Origin: Candidatus Nomurabacteria bacterium RIFCSPLOWO2_12_FULL_40_42
GTDB lineage: Bacteria; Patescibacteriota; Minisyncoccia; Phycocordibacterales; UBA9973
DNA length: 64,000 nucleotides
Assembly (NCBI GenBank): GCA_001786195.1
Contig: MFVS01000008.1
Location: 21,057 to 85,056, forward strand
Reading direction: 5' to 3'
Below are positions 1 through 8,227 of the stretch, one piece after another. Within the stretch, counting starts at the first letter, position 1; every line of letters begins with the position of its first letter. The position numbers and the translations under genes were made by a program. The notes under the pieces were generated by a model that saw only the letters and a program-made list of their open reading frames with translations, ran no database searches and was not told the DNA's origin.

Positions 1-1281
1 TACCTCTTCTCCGCCACTTACACTCATCGGGTCGATTATGAGAGTTGCATTTCCGGTTTTCAGATCTATTTTCCAAAACTGGTCCGAAAATGATACTTCG
101 CCTTGATACCAAGAGTCGGGATATGCACCCGAGCTAATTGATTTAGGCACGGCGCAATAAATAGCATCGCTTGCTTTACCCCAAACGCATTTCTCTGGCA
201 GAGTTCGGAGTGAGAGAGTATCTGAATTTCGAGTGTCGGTATGATAAACCCGTAGCGATAGATTGCTATCGCTAAACAAAACCAATTTTCCGTTTGGACT
301 TCCCTTGGTGGTCAATCCATTGACGCCTCCCAATATTTTGGTTAAATTTTTGCCGGATCCGTCCATGCTGTACATATATCCGGGAGCGCTGGAGAAAGGT
401 TTGGTCGAAAGAGTAATCATATTATTATTTCCCCAAACAGACAGCCATTCAGTGAGGGGAGAATCAAACAGCTGCGTCTTTTTATTGTTTAATAAATTTA
501 AAGTTATTCCAATCATATTATCTCCCAAACTGCCACCACTGCTCCATAAATAAAATATTTTTGTGGTGTCGGGTGATATGCTTATATCTTGAATATTATC
601 CGGCAGAAAAACTCCTTTAACTTCGTTGTTTTCTGTGGTATCCCCTCCTAATAATTCTTTTGGTAGAGTGCCGACGAAAGTTTCGATTGTTTTTCCATTT
701 GCTTTCAAATATCGCATAATTACTGACTGTCCATGGTTGCCAAAATAAGCTTCATATACCTTGGGTATGACAGTCACCGAAAACTTTCGCTCTTCTATTT
801 TATCAGCGAAAGTTTGGTAAATGTTTCCAGTCTTCTTTTCTACATATCTTAAAGCAGGAGCAAATTCTGTTGGTGGTGGGGTGGGTTTGGTTCCCTTCCC
901 TTTGGGGAGGGTTAGGGTGGGGTTAGGAGTTACAGACCCCTCCCCACCTCCCCCAAGGGGAGGAGATATCGCTACTTCTTTTAGCCTTTCTTTACTAAAA
1001 ACTACAAATCCTGCCACGGGCATACTGGAAACTTTGGTTAGTTGCATTTTTACACCTGTCTCTACTGGGTTTGGCTGGTAATCCGACTCACCGGTCGCAG
1101 GCGTAGTAGCGCCTGGAACCGGCTTGCTGTCCCCAAATGGTTTAAATTGCGAAACAAAATTTGTGCCTGTCCCTGCATCTTCCGGAGCGATGGTTCCCGG
1201 GCGGAAATACCAAAAACCGAGAGCCGCGATTGCTCCTAGACCCAGAATTATTATTAAAAGTATAAAGTTTCTTTTGGACAT
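1..1281 (-). CDS. Membrane-anchored hypothetical protein, possible beta-propeller (3' end runs off the window)
   Basis: Not in the ORF track because it is truncated. Manual translation from the ATG at 1281 gives MSKRNFILLIIILGLGAIAALGFWYF (TM anchor) ... LPEKCVW ... IYCAVPK ... YPDSWYQGEVSFSDQFWKID, open to the window edge. Confidence 0.8.
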   Translation of the reverse strand, partial: MSKRNFILLIIILGLGAIAALGFWYFRPGTIAPEDAGTGTNFVSQFKPFGDSKPVPGATTPATGESDYQPNPVETGVKMQLTKVSSMPVAGFVVFSKERLKEVAISPPLGGGGEGSVTPNPTLTLPKGKGTKPTPPPTEFAPALRYVEKKTGNIYQTFADKIEERKFSVTVIPKVYEAYFGNHGQSVIMRYLKANGKTIETFVGTLPKELLGGDTTENNEVKGVFLPDNIQDISISPDTTKIFYLWSSGGSLGDNMIGITLNLLNNKKTQLFDSPLTEWLSVWGNNNMITLSTKPFSSAPGYMYSMDGSGKNLTKILGGVNGLTTKGSPNGKLVLFSDSNLSLRVYHTDTRNSDTLSLRTLPEKCVWGKASDAIYCAVPKSISSGAYPDSWYQGEVSFSDQFWKIDLKTGNATLIIDPMSVSGGEEV

Positions 1282-1292
1282 AAAAATTTATT

Positions 1293-1859
1293 TTATATAC
1301 TAAAAGGTAACGGAACGATTGGCTCGGGCGCTACTGGAGTTGTAGGCTGGACGACTGGGGCTGGTATATCTATATCTGGTGGATTAATGTCGCTTTTTAG
1401 CAAGTCGGGATTTATGGTGTTTAAAAGCGCCCAAGAACCCAGAGCTATCAAGAGTCCCAAAATTGCGCCCGTAATTCTGTGTTTGCCGTCTTCTTTAGTG
1501 TGAGCAAGTTCGCTGGTCATAACTTCCAGACCGCCTACCACGATCATTATCACGGATAAGACGGCGGCCAGTCCGATGAATATTTTTATCATGAGATTCA
1601 GGTACTCACCCAGTTTTGTATTTTGACTATTACCACCGTCACTTGCAGGATTAAAAGAGGATATGCCAGGCAGTGGAGCTAACAAAACATATCTTCCACA
1701 AGGAGCATTCACTGCACTTCCCTCGTTGCTTACAGGCTTTCCGTTGCTATCTATACAAGGTTCTCCTGGCTTAAGATCCGATGCATACGTTTTTAACAAA
1801 GGACTAGAAAATCCAGCAATTATTATTAGTATTAAAATGTATGGTAAATATTTTTTCAT
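1293..1859 (-). CDS. CPR pilin-like protein (VirB2/TrbC-like T4SS pilin domain)
   Basis: Signal peptide followed by two TM helices with the pattern LAAVLSVIMIVVGGLEVMTS...GKHRITGAILGLLIALGSWALLNTINPDL. Confidence 0.7.
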   Translation of the reverse strand: MKKYLPYILILIIIAGFSSPLLKTYASDLKPGEPCIDSNGKPVSNEGSAVNAPCGRYVLLAPLPGISSFNPASDGGNSQNTKLGEYLNLMIKIFIGLAAVLSVIMIVVGGLEVMTSELAHTKEDGKHRITGAILGLLIALGSWALLNTINPDLLKSDINPPDIDIPAPVVQPTTPVAPEPIVPLPFSI

Positions 1860-1963
1860 CCCAGTACTAAAATTTTACTTTTAATTTCTAATTTTGATTT
1901 GTTTTTATTTTTCATAATCATCTTTATCTTAACATTATTTAATCAAAAATTTAGTACGGGATG
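1857..1963. mobile_element. Degenerate TIR element at the pilin start codon
   Basis: catcccagtactaaaattt ... aaaatttagtacgggatg (one indel). Confidence 0.5.
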
Positions 1964-1999
1964 AGGAAAATCATATTCACTTTGTTCGTTGATTTTCAC

Positions 2000-2974
2000 T
2001 CAAAATTCTATATTTATTTCCTTGCTAGCTGTTTGAAAAATTTTGTCCTTACTTTCTATTTCCAGTCTCAATTTTGATGTTCCGTGCGTGCCAGCTTCTA
2101 CCTGAAGCGGCATCAAATTTTTCCTAAAACTTTGCAAATTTACCAAACCGTCATTAATAAACCACTTCCAGACGAGGGTCGGAGTTTGTATCTCTTTGGG
2201 TGAAATAAAATATGGCACGGCCTCTATGGTTTCCCCAGTTTGTATTTTATACGGATCCGGAATTGCTTGCTCCCAAATTGTTCCGAAATCACTGTCATTT
2301 TTGTAAAATAATATTTTCGGCGCCGTTGTCCCAATGTCTATACTTGCTTGAGATGAATACTTCTGGTCCAAAGTCGAGGCTACGACATTTATATTGTCGG
2401 AATCTTCCAGATAATCATTAGTATAAATGAAAAAGTTTTTACCATAGCCGGAGCCATCCACATTGTTGGTATAATCCTTTTTCCAGTAGTAGGTCATAGA
2501 GCGCCTTAGGCTCTCTGAAGAGCCTAAGGCGCTAATTTCCGGCATCGCCACCACTTTTATCTCGCTGCCTAAGGACGGCATCGCTTTGCCGCGATAAAAA
2601 GGGGGTACATATGAATCATTCGCCTGCCAGAGCAGGACCATGACGGAAGGTTTGATGGTTATTTTTGTCTCTACCACGCCGTCCGGGAGAGAGATCTTGG
2701 CTACAATATTCGTTTCAGCTCCGGCCGCCGGCGCGGTTACCGAAAATGATTTTTTCCCGATTCCTGAGAGAGCGACTTTGCCGTTTTGTGACCAAGATAT
2801 CAGCACGCTGTCTAAATTATAGGCATAGCTATTTAAGGTGATAATGGTTTCTTCATAGGGGTCTGGATTAGGAGGCGCTATATTAACCAAAATATCACTC
2901 GAAGCCGCCGAAACAACACTGACTGTTGCCCCAAAAAAGATGAGCGTTATAAGTGATAAAAATCGAAACTTCAT
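2000..2974 (-). CDS. Secreted hypothetical protein (beta-rich, Ig-like)
   Basis: 324-aa ORF with N-terminal signal peptide, located in the VirB4/PrgI cluster. Confidence 0.7.
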   Translation of the reverse strand: MKFRFLSLITLIFFGATVSVVSAASSDILVNIAPPNPDPYEETIITLNSYAYNLDSVLISWSQNGKVALSGIGKKSFSVTAPAAGAETNIVAKISLPDGVVETKITIKPSVMVLLWQANDSYVPPFYRGKAMPSLGSEIKVVAMPEISALGSSESLRRSMTYYWKKDYTNNVDGSGYGKNFFIYTNDYLEDSDNINVVASTLDQKYSSQASIDIGTTAPKILFYKNDSDFGTIWEQAIPDPYKIQTGETIEAVPYFISPKEIQTPTLVWKWFINDGLVNLQSFRKNLMPLQVEAGTHGTSKLRLEIESKDKIFQTASKEINIEF

Positions 2975-3028
2975 GATTTAATTATAACATATCTACTTTA
3001 CAAACTTTATGACTTTCCATTTTATAAC

Positions 3029-4915
3029 TTAATTATCCAACCCCTGTCTGGTCATTGCCCCCATCACCTCCCCGGCTTCAGCTTCTTCCTTGGCTTTTCT
3101 GTTGGATAGTATTTGCGAAGGGTCGGAGGTAATGATTTGGTCTTCGGTGTACGAAGCGATGATTTTGATGGCCACATGTTTTAAGCCGGCGAAGAAAATT
3201 CCTTCCCCCACTCCGGATTCCAAAAGCAGATATTTTTCTTCATCGGTCAGGTTGAAAGTTTTTTGCAGAATATCTATTGTAGTCGGAGACTGTTTTAATA
3301 ATAATTGGATAGAGGAATTGGTAATGATCGGCACGCCATAAGGAGACTTCATAAAGTCTGCCGCGTCCTGAGTGATGGTGGAAAGGCCAAGATAGTATTT
3401 TCGGCCTCGCTTGGCGATCGAATACAGGAAAGAAGCGGTGTCCTCGGACTTCATCATCCACCAGGCCTCATCTATTACTAGCAGCCTTTTTTTAAGATTC
3501 TTGCGTATAGCGTTCCAAATGTAATGCATGATTATATACATGGCGACCGGTTTCAATTCATCTTCCATGTCGCGGACCGAAAACACAATAAATTTTTTAT
3601 TGATGTCCACATTCGAGGATCGGTTTAAGAAAGTGGCCCAAGAACCTTTGGTGTATTTCGCCAGACGCTGCACGACTGAATCGCTTCCGTCCATTCCCGA
3701 GAGCACCATTTCAAAATCAGAGAGGAGCGGCGGCTCGACATTGGAAAAATTCGATTCCGGGGTGATGTCTTTCATGGCATAAGTTTCAGAAATGGCCCGA
3801 TCCACCATGGAATCTTCCTCGGGAGAGAGCCCTCCCAACATCAGCCGAAAAAGCCCGACCAAGTTTATGGTATTGGATCGAAGCACGTCCTCGGCCGTTT
3901 CATCTTCGCGCGGGATCGGCAGATCAAACGGATTGATATGGTGGTCGGAAGAAAGCGCGATGTTGAAATATCTTCCGCCCACCGCTTCCGACAAGAATTC
4001 GTATTCTTTTTCCGGGTCGATGACGATCACATCGATATCAAACATGAGTGACCTCAAAATTTCCAATTTGGTCGCATAGGATTTTCCCGAACCGGATTTG
4101 GCAAAAGTCACAGAATTATAGTTCTCTAAACTGAATCTGTCGAAGATAACAAGGGATGAATTATGCCGGTTGATGCCATAGAGAATGCCTTTATTGTCGG
4201 TCAAGTCGAAAGAAATAAAGGGGAAAACACTGGATAACGGCTCCGAATTTAATTTTTGGTGGATAGCAAGCAAATCGGTATCGATCGGGATGACACTTTT
4301 GAAACCCGCTTCCTGTTGGAAAAGCGCCGGTTTGATATAGATAAGCTTGGATTCGAGCATGGATTTTATTTCGTTCTCGATCTTGAACAATTCCAAATCG
4401 TTGTCGGCATAAATCGTGATATAAATGCCCACGTCAAACATTTTTTCTTGCGCCTGGATTAAATTGTCGCGCAAGCCCTCGAGGTCGAGGTTCGCGGTAT
4501 CAAGCATCGGGTCGCGCACCATTCCCTTTTTCTCTCGAACATTTATCTGGCTTTGAACTTCGGCTACTTTTTTCTGGAATTGCCGTAGCACCAGCGAAGT
4601 ATCTATCGGATGAATAAATATGGAAATATCAAAAACTTTATCCAGATTGATTATCGGTGAAAACCAATTATCAGTCAGAAATCTTGGATAAGAGATGATA
4701 AAAAATGTGCGGGCGATTTTGTCGCCCAAGTTTATGGATTTCGATTCGATCTTTAGGGCTGACGGCGCTATCACATCCTGGAGTTCCAAGCTGGCGGATT
4801 CGTAAATTTGTTCCGGCAGTACCGCCAAAGTGGAAGCCTGGGCGCCACTTTCTCCATCCGAATTGAGTCCGCTGGCTTTATTTGTTTTTTTAAATAATTT
4901 GTCTAAAATGGACAT
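3029..4915 (-). CDS. VirB4-like secretion/conjugation ATPase
   Basis: Walker A FAKSGSGKS, VIDPEKEY, Walker B LVIDEAWW, KRGRKYYLGLSTITQD. Confidence 0.9.
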   Translation of the reverse strand: MSILDKLFKKTNKASGLNSDGESGAQASTLAVLPEQIYESASLELQDVIAPSALKIESKSINLGDKIARTFFIISYPRFLTDNWFSPIINLDKVFDISIFIHPIDTSLVLRQFQKKVAEVQSQINVREKKGMVRDPMLDTANLDLEGLRDNLIQAQEKMFDVGIYITIYADNDLELFKIENEIKSMLESKLIYIKPALFQQEAGFKSVIPIDTDLLAIHQKLNSEPLSSVFPFISFDLTDNKGILYGINRHNSSLVIFDRFSLENYNSVTFAKSGSGKSYATKLEILRSLMFDIDVIVIDPEKEYEFLSEAVGGRYFNIALSSDHHINPFDLPIPREDETAEDVLRSNTINLVGLFRLMLGGLSPEEDSMVDRAISETYAMKDITPESNFSNVEPPLLSDFEMVLSGMDGSDSVVQRLAKYTKGSWATFLNRSSNVDINKKFIVFSVRDMEDELKPVAMYIIMHYIWNAIRKNLKKRLLVIDEAWWMMKSEDTASFLYSIAKRGRKYYLGLSTITQDAADFMKSPYGVPIITNSSIQLLLKQSPTTIDILQKTFNLTDEEKYLLLESGVGEGIFFAGLKHVAIKIIASYTEDQIITSDPSQILSNRKAKEEAEAGEVMGAMTRQGLDN

Positions 4916-4920
4916 AGAGT

Positions 4921-5562
4921 TTAGCTTTCCAGCTGAATTTTTCCCTCGACTTCTCCCGGATTAAAAACTTTATAAAATACTTCCACCACTTCTTCGGTGC
5001 CGAGCTGGGCTGATTTTATGCCGCAACGGGAGAGGCCTTGCTCGATGACGCTTACTCGCTCTTCCAATTGCGACCTCTTTTCCTCGAAATCTTCCTGTTT
5101 GGCCAGATTCACTTCTTCCTTGCTTCTTTTTCCGAACAAGCGTTTCAAGATTCCAGAATCTGATTTGAGGACTGTGTGCGTATAAGGGATCACCACAAAA
5201 AAAGTTTTGGTCATTATGCTGACACTCTCGGCAAAATTCCTGATAAAATCAATATATTCCTTGGTTTGTAACTTTAAGAGGGGCTCGCTCTGCACTTTCA
5301 TCCGGTTTTCCAAAAGCAAAAGATAAGGACGGATATCCAATCTGCGGCTCTGCACCGATATCTGGACGGCAAAATCTAAAGTATTCAGGAAACTTTGGAA
5401 TTGCAATATTGTGGCCTTCTGCTCGTCATCGGATTTGAGCGACAGGTTGACCGAATTGGCGAGCACGATGGCCCGCAGGTCGCCATCTTTGAGCACGATG
5501 ATTCCATCACGGACTTCCCTGATTGGCACAAACTCTTGAGTTGCTTTTGCGTTTAAAGGCAT
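4921..5562 (-). CDS. VirB4-associated protein (TraC/TcpE-like N-terminal module)
   Basis: TQEFVPIREVRDGIIVLKDG...NLSLKSDDEQ...FLNTLDF; lies between the PrgI and VirB4 genes. Confidence 0.7.
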   Translation of the reverse strand: MPLNAKATQEFVPIREVRDGIIVLKDGDLRAIVLANSVNLSLKSDDEQKATILQFQSFLNTLDFAVQISVQSRRLDIRPYLLLLENRMKVQSEPLLKLQTKEYIDFIRNFAESVSIMTKTFFVVIPYTHTVLKSDSGILKRLFGKRSKEEVNLAKQEDFEEKRSQLEERVSVIEQGLSRCGIKSAQLGTEEVVEVFYKVFNPGEVEGKIQLES

Positions 5563-5595
5563 CTTTTTACTTTATGAACTTTATAACTTTCTACT

Positions 5596-6030
5596 TTATA
5601 ACTCATTTTGGTGTTTGTTTAAGTCCAAGACGTCCAAACTCCAGGCCAAATCCCGCAATTTATTCCCACCTAGCCGAACAGTATCTCGATTCATATTCTG
5701 AGTGACCACTTCTCCCTCTGGCTCCCCACTCTTTATTTTATCTTGATTCTTTTTCTGCCTTTTCCAGATATAAAGCTTGCTCTGTATCAGATAATTAAAT
5801 CCGGCTTCAATCATATTTAGAAAGGGCTTATTGTTGGGTCGATAGCGAGCGAGAGCAATGGCGAGAGCGGCGACGGCGAGGATGGGTATAGCTCCCCAAA
5901 AGAGCCCCAATAGTTTGTAAAGCACAAAACACAAGCCCGCGCCGCCGGCTAGATACACAAACTCTTTGAAAGTGAATGGTCCAAAGATTTTGTCTTCGAT
6001 ATCTAAAAATTGTGGTACTTTAAATTGCAT
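5596..6030 (-). CDS. PrgI family protein (VirB3-like)
   Basis: MQFKVPQFLDIEDKIFGPFTFKEF followed by two TM helices, the typical PrgI N-terminus. Confidence 0.85.
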   Translation of the reverse strand: MQFKVPQFLDIEDKIFGPFTFKEFVYLAGGAGLCFVLYKLLGLFWGAIPILAVAALAIALARYRPNNKPFLNMIEAGFNYLIQSKLYIWKRQKKNQDKIKSGEPEGEVVTQNMNRDTVRLGGNKLRDLAWSLDVLDLNKHQNEL

Positions 6031-6146
6031 CCCGTACGAAATAGGACGCGTACGCGTACGCTTCGTTGTCCTTTTTATTATTTATAATATATTTAATCAA
6101 TTTCATAATTTTGTTTACTTTATGCGTCCGCGATTTCGTTCGGGAT
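6029..6146. mobile_element. Short TIR element at the prgI start codon
   Basis: atcccgtacgaaat/atttcgttcgggat ends; ATGCGAT/ATGCAAT flanks on the - strand. Confidence 0.6.
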
Positions 6147-6153
6147 CGCATAC

Positions 6154-6861
6154 CTAAGCTTCCGGCGGCAGACGATACGGATCGGCATTTTTGGGGTAAG
6201 ATTTTGGAGTCTCGGATACGGGTTCCTTTATTTCGCTTGAGGTCCTAGTAATATTTTCGATTGCATGCTCGGTTTTTACGACCGGGGTTTGCACCGTGCT
6301 GGATAATTTTTGGGTCAAGATAGGATGCGCCCTCTCTATCTCTAATTTTCCCGTCTGCATCAGCTGTGCTGAAGGCACTGCGGACAGGTCGTGAATAATT
6401 TCAATACCCGCTGACTTTAACACATGGGTATCTGTATGTATTTCTGTGTTCGCTCTCTCCTTTGAATCACCACCCCCTGCCCCCTCCTCCGAAAGGAGGG
6501 GAGGAGAACTTTTCACGAATATTTTTTTCCTCTCAGTGTTTTTAATTAATTCTTCCCTTATCTTTTTGAAGACCAGGTTATTCATTTCATTCACCAATTC
6601 ATTCGTGGCAGTCTCCGATATTTTTATCCTATTCATTAATTCCTTCGGATAGTTTTCCGCGCTTGTGAGCCCGCAAAGTAAAAGCTCCGTCTCGAGCTCG
6701 AGGTCGCCCAGTTGTTCGAAGGTGTATCCGTACTTACTTCGCAGTGACAAAATAGCCGTTTTCCAATCCACTACGGCAATAGCGTTCACTGTTTCGGTTG
6801 GTAAACTTGCTTTGGCTTCTTGTATTTTTATTTCTAATAAATCTACTGTGTCGTTGACCAT
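6154..6861 (-). CDS. Hypothetical protein (CPR-type, ends in DPYRLPPE)
   Basis: 235-aa ORF whose N-terminal helical domain resembles that of the neighbouring 6881-7519. Confidence 0.7.
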   Translation of the reverse strand: MVNDTVDLLEIKIQEAKASLPTETVNAIAVVDWKTAILSLRSKYGYTFEQLGDLELETELLLCGLTSAENYPKELMNRIKISETATNELVNEMNNLVFKKIREELIKNTERKKIFVKSSPPLLSEEGAGGGDSKERANTEIHTDTHVLKSAGIEIIHDLSAVPSAQLMQTGKLEIERAHPILTQKLSSTVQTPVVKTEHAIENITRTSSEIKEPVSETPKSYPKNADPYRLPPEA

Positions 6862-6880
6862 ATATTTTTTACTTTATAAC

Positions 6881-7519
6881 TCATTGTATTATATCATTAA
6901 CTGGTTTTATATCGGCAGCCTTTAAAGTTTCCGCATTTTTATTTTGCATTTTAGTTTGGATGTCGGCTAGGGAGAGAGTGGTGGCGGGCGGCACAGAAAA
7001 TACCGGGATGATTGTTTTTTTATTTCCCTCTTGAGGGGTGGCCCTGAGATTTTCTGGGCCGGGGTGGATGTATTGTCCACCTCCTCCTAGCGGGTACTCC
7101 TCAAGAGGAGAATTTGGGGTCATGAATGCCGAATAATCTCCGCCGGAGAGAATGAAATTTACATTTTGCATGGCGGTTGGATTTTTAATTTTCAGATTTT
7201 TCTTGATATTGTCTTCCAAAATTTTTCTAATTGGCTTAAATATCCTCTCTAAAGCCTCATCGGCCATGCTTTTCGCTCCATCCTTGGTAGTGCCGACATG
7301 ATTTTCGATGTTAATAGCGTAAAATTCGAAGTCGGCAGCGCCAATCAAAATTATTAAAGTTTCTAGAATAAAATCGTCAATCTCTTCTTCCGTCAGATTA
7401 TATTTAGCTCCTATTTCTTCGGCGATTTTAACCCAAGGCACAGCCGAAATGGCTTCCTGCCCTTCTTTAGGCAATTGTGCGATTTCCTCTTCAATTGTTT
7501 GTTTTAATTTTTCGGTCAT
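6881..7519 (-). CDS. Hypothetical protein, probable paralog of 6154-6861
   Basis: Shared pattern LPKE/LPTE..AI..V.W.....I..KY.LT/YT.E....L.LET...L.G. Confidence 0.7.
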   Translation of the reverse strand: MTEKLKQTIEEEIAQLPKEGQEAISAVPWVKIAEEIGAKYNLTEEEIDDFILETLIILIGAADFEFYAINIENHVGTTKDGAKSMADEALERIFKPIRKILEDNIKKNLKIKNPTAMQNVNFILSGGDYSAFMTPNSPLEEYPLGGGGQYIHPGPENLRATPQEGNKKTIIPVFSVPPATTLSLADIQTKMQNKNAETLKAADIKPVNDIIQ

Positions 7520-7639
7520 CCCGTTAGAGATAGGAAATCTTTAGATTTCCGTTCCCTTAATTATTATTAATATCTTATTTAAGTTTAACATTATTTTTTA
7601 CTTCTATTTTAGTTTTTAACTATTTGATCTCTAACGGGA
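7519..7639. mobile_element. Short TIR element at a start codon
   Basis: Perfect 13-bp tcccgttagagat/atctctaacggga ends; ATGAC duplicated on the - strand. Confidence 0.6.
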
Positions 7640-7648
7640 GTCATTGTA

Positions 7649-8212
7649 TTATTTTGGTCTAAATCCTATCTGGGTTTTTGGTTTTTCTTCTTTTGGTTTT
7701 TCTTTTTTCAGCAGTTGTTTTAATATCTCAAAAACCTCTTTCAGTTGATAATTATATTTTTTCTCCATCTTTTCTATTTTTATTCGGAGCTTCGTATTGG
7801 TTGCGAGCAATTCTCTTAATTTTGTAAAAGTTCTGATTATCTGAATGTTTACAAGTATTGCTCTTTTGCTGTTTAAAACGCTAGATAACATGGCGACACC
7901 TTGTTCGGTAAATGCGTAAGGCAACTTGCGTGTTCCGCCATGACTTGATATCACAAATTGTGACATCAAGTTTGATGTTCCAAATTGGAATATCAAGTTT
8001 TCAAATTCCTCTTTTGTTAGTTGAAACATAAAATCATTTGGAAAACGCTCCATATTTCTTTTTACTGCCTGAATTAATACTCTTGTTTCAACTTGATAAA
8101 GATGTGCTAAATCTTTATCCAGCATTACTTTTTTACCGCGAATAAAAAGTATACCATTTAGGATTCTTTCACTCGGTATTAAACTTTTTGTTTGTTTTAA
8201 TTTTTTGGGCAT
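7649..8212 (-). CDS. ORF6N domain DNA-binding protein
   Basis: IRGKKVMLDKDLAHLYQVETRVLIQAVKRNMERFPNDFMFQLT...PYAFTEQGVAMLSSVLNS, C-terminal IGF. Confidence 0.9.
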   Translation of the reverse strand: MPKKLKQTKSLIPSERILNGILFIRGKKVMLDKDLAHLYQVETRVLIQAVKRNMERFPNDFMFQLTKEEFENLIFQFGTSNLMSQFVISSHGGTRKLPYAFTEQGVAMLSSVLNSKRAILVNIQIIRTFTKLRELLATNTKLRIKIEKMEKKYNYQLKEVFEILKQLLKKEKPKEEKPKTQIGFRPK

Positions 8213-8227
8213 AGAATTTTAAGACTC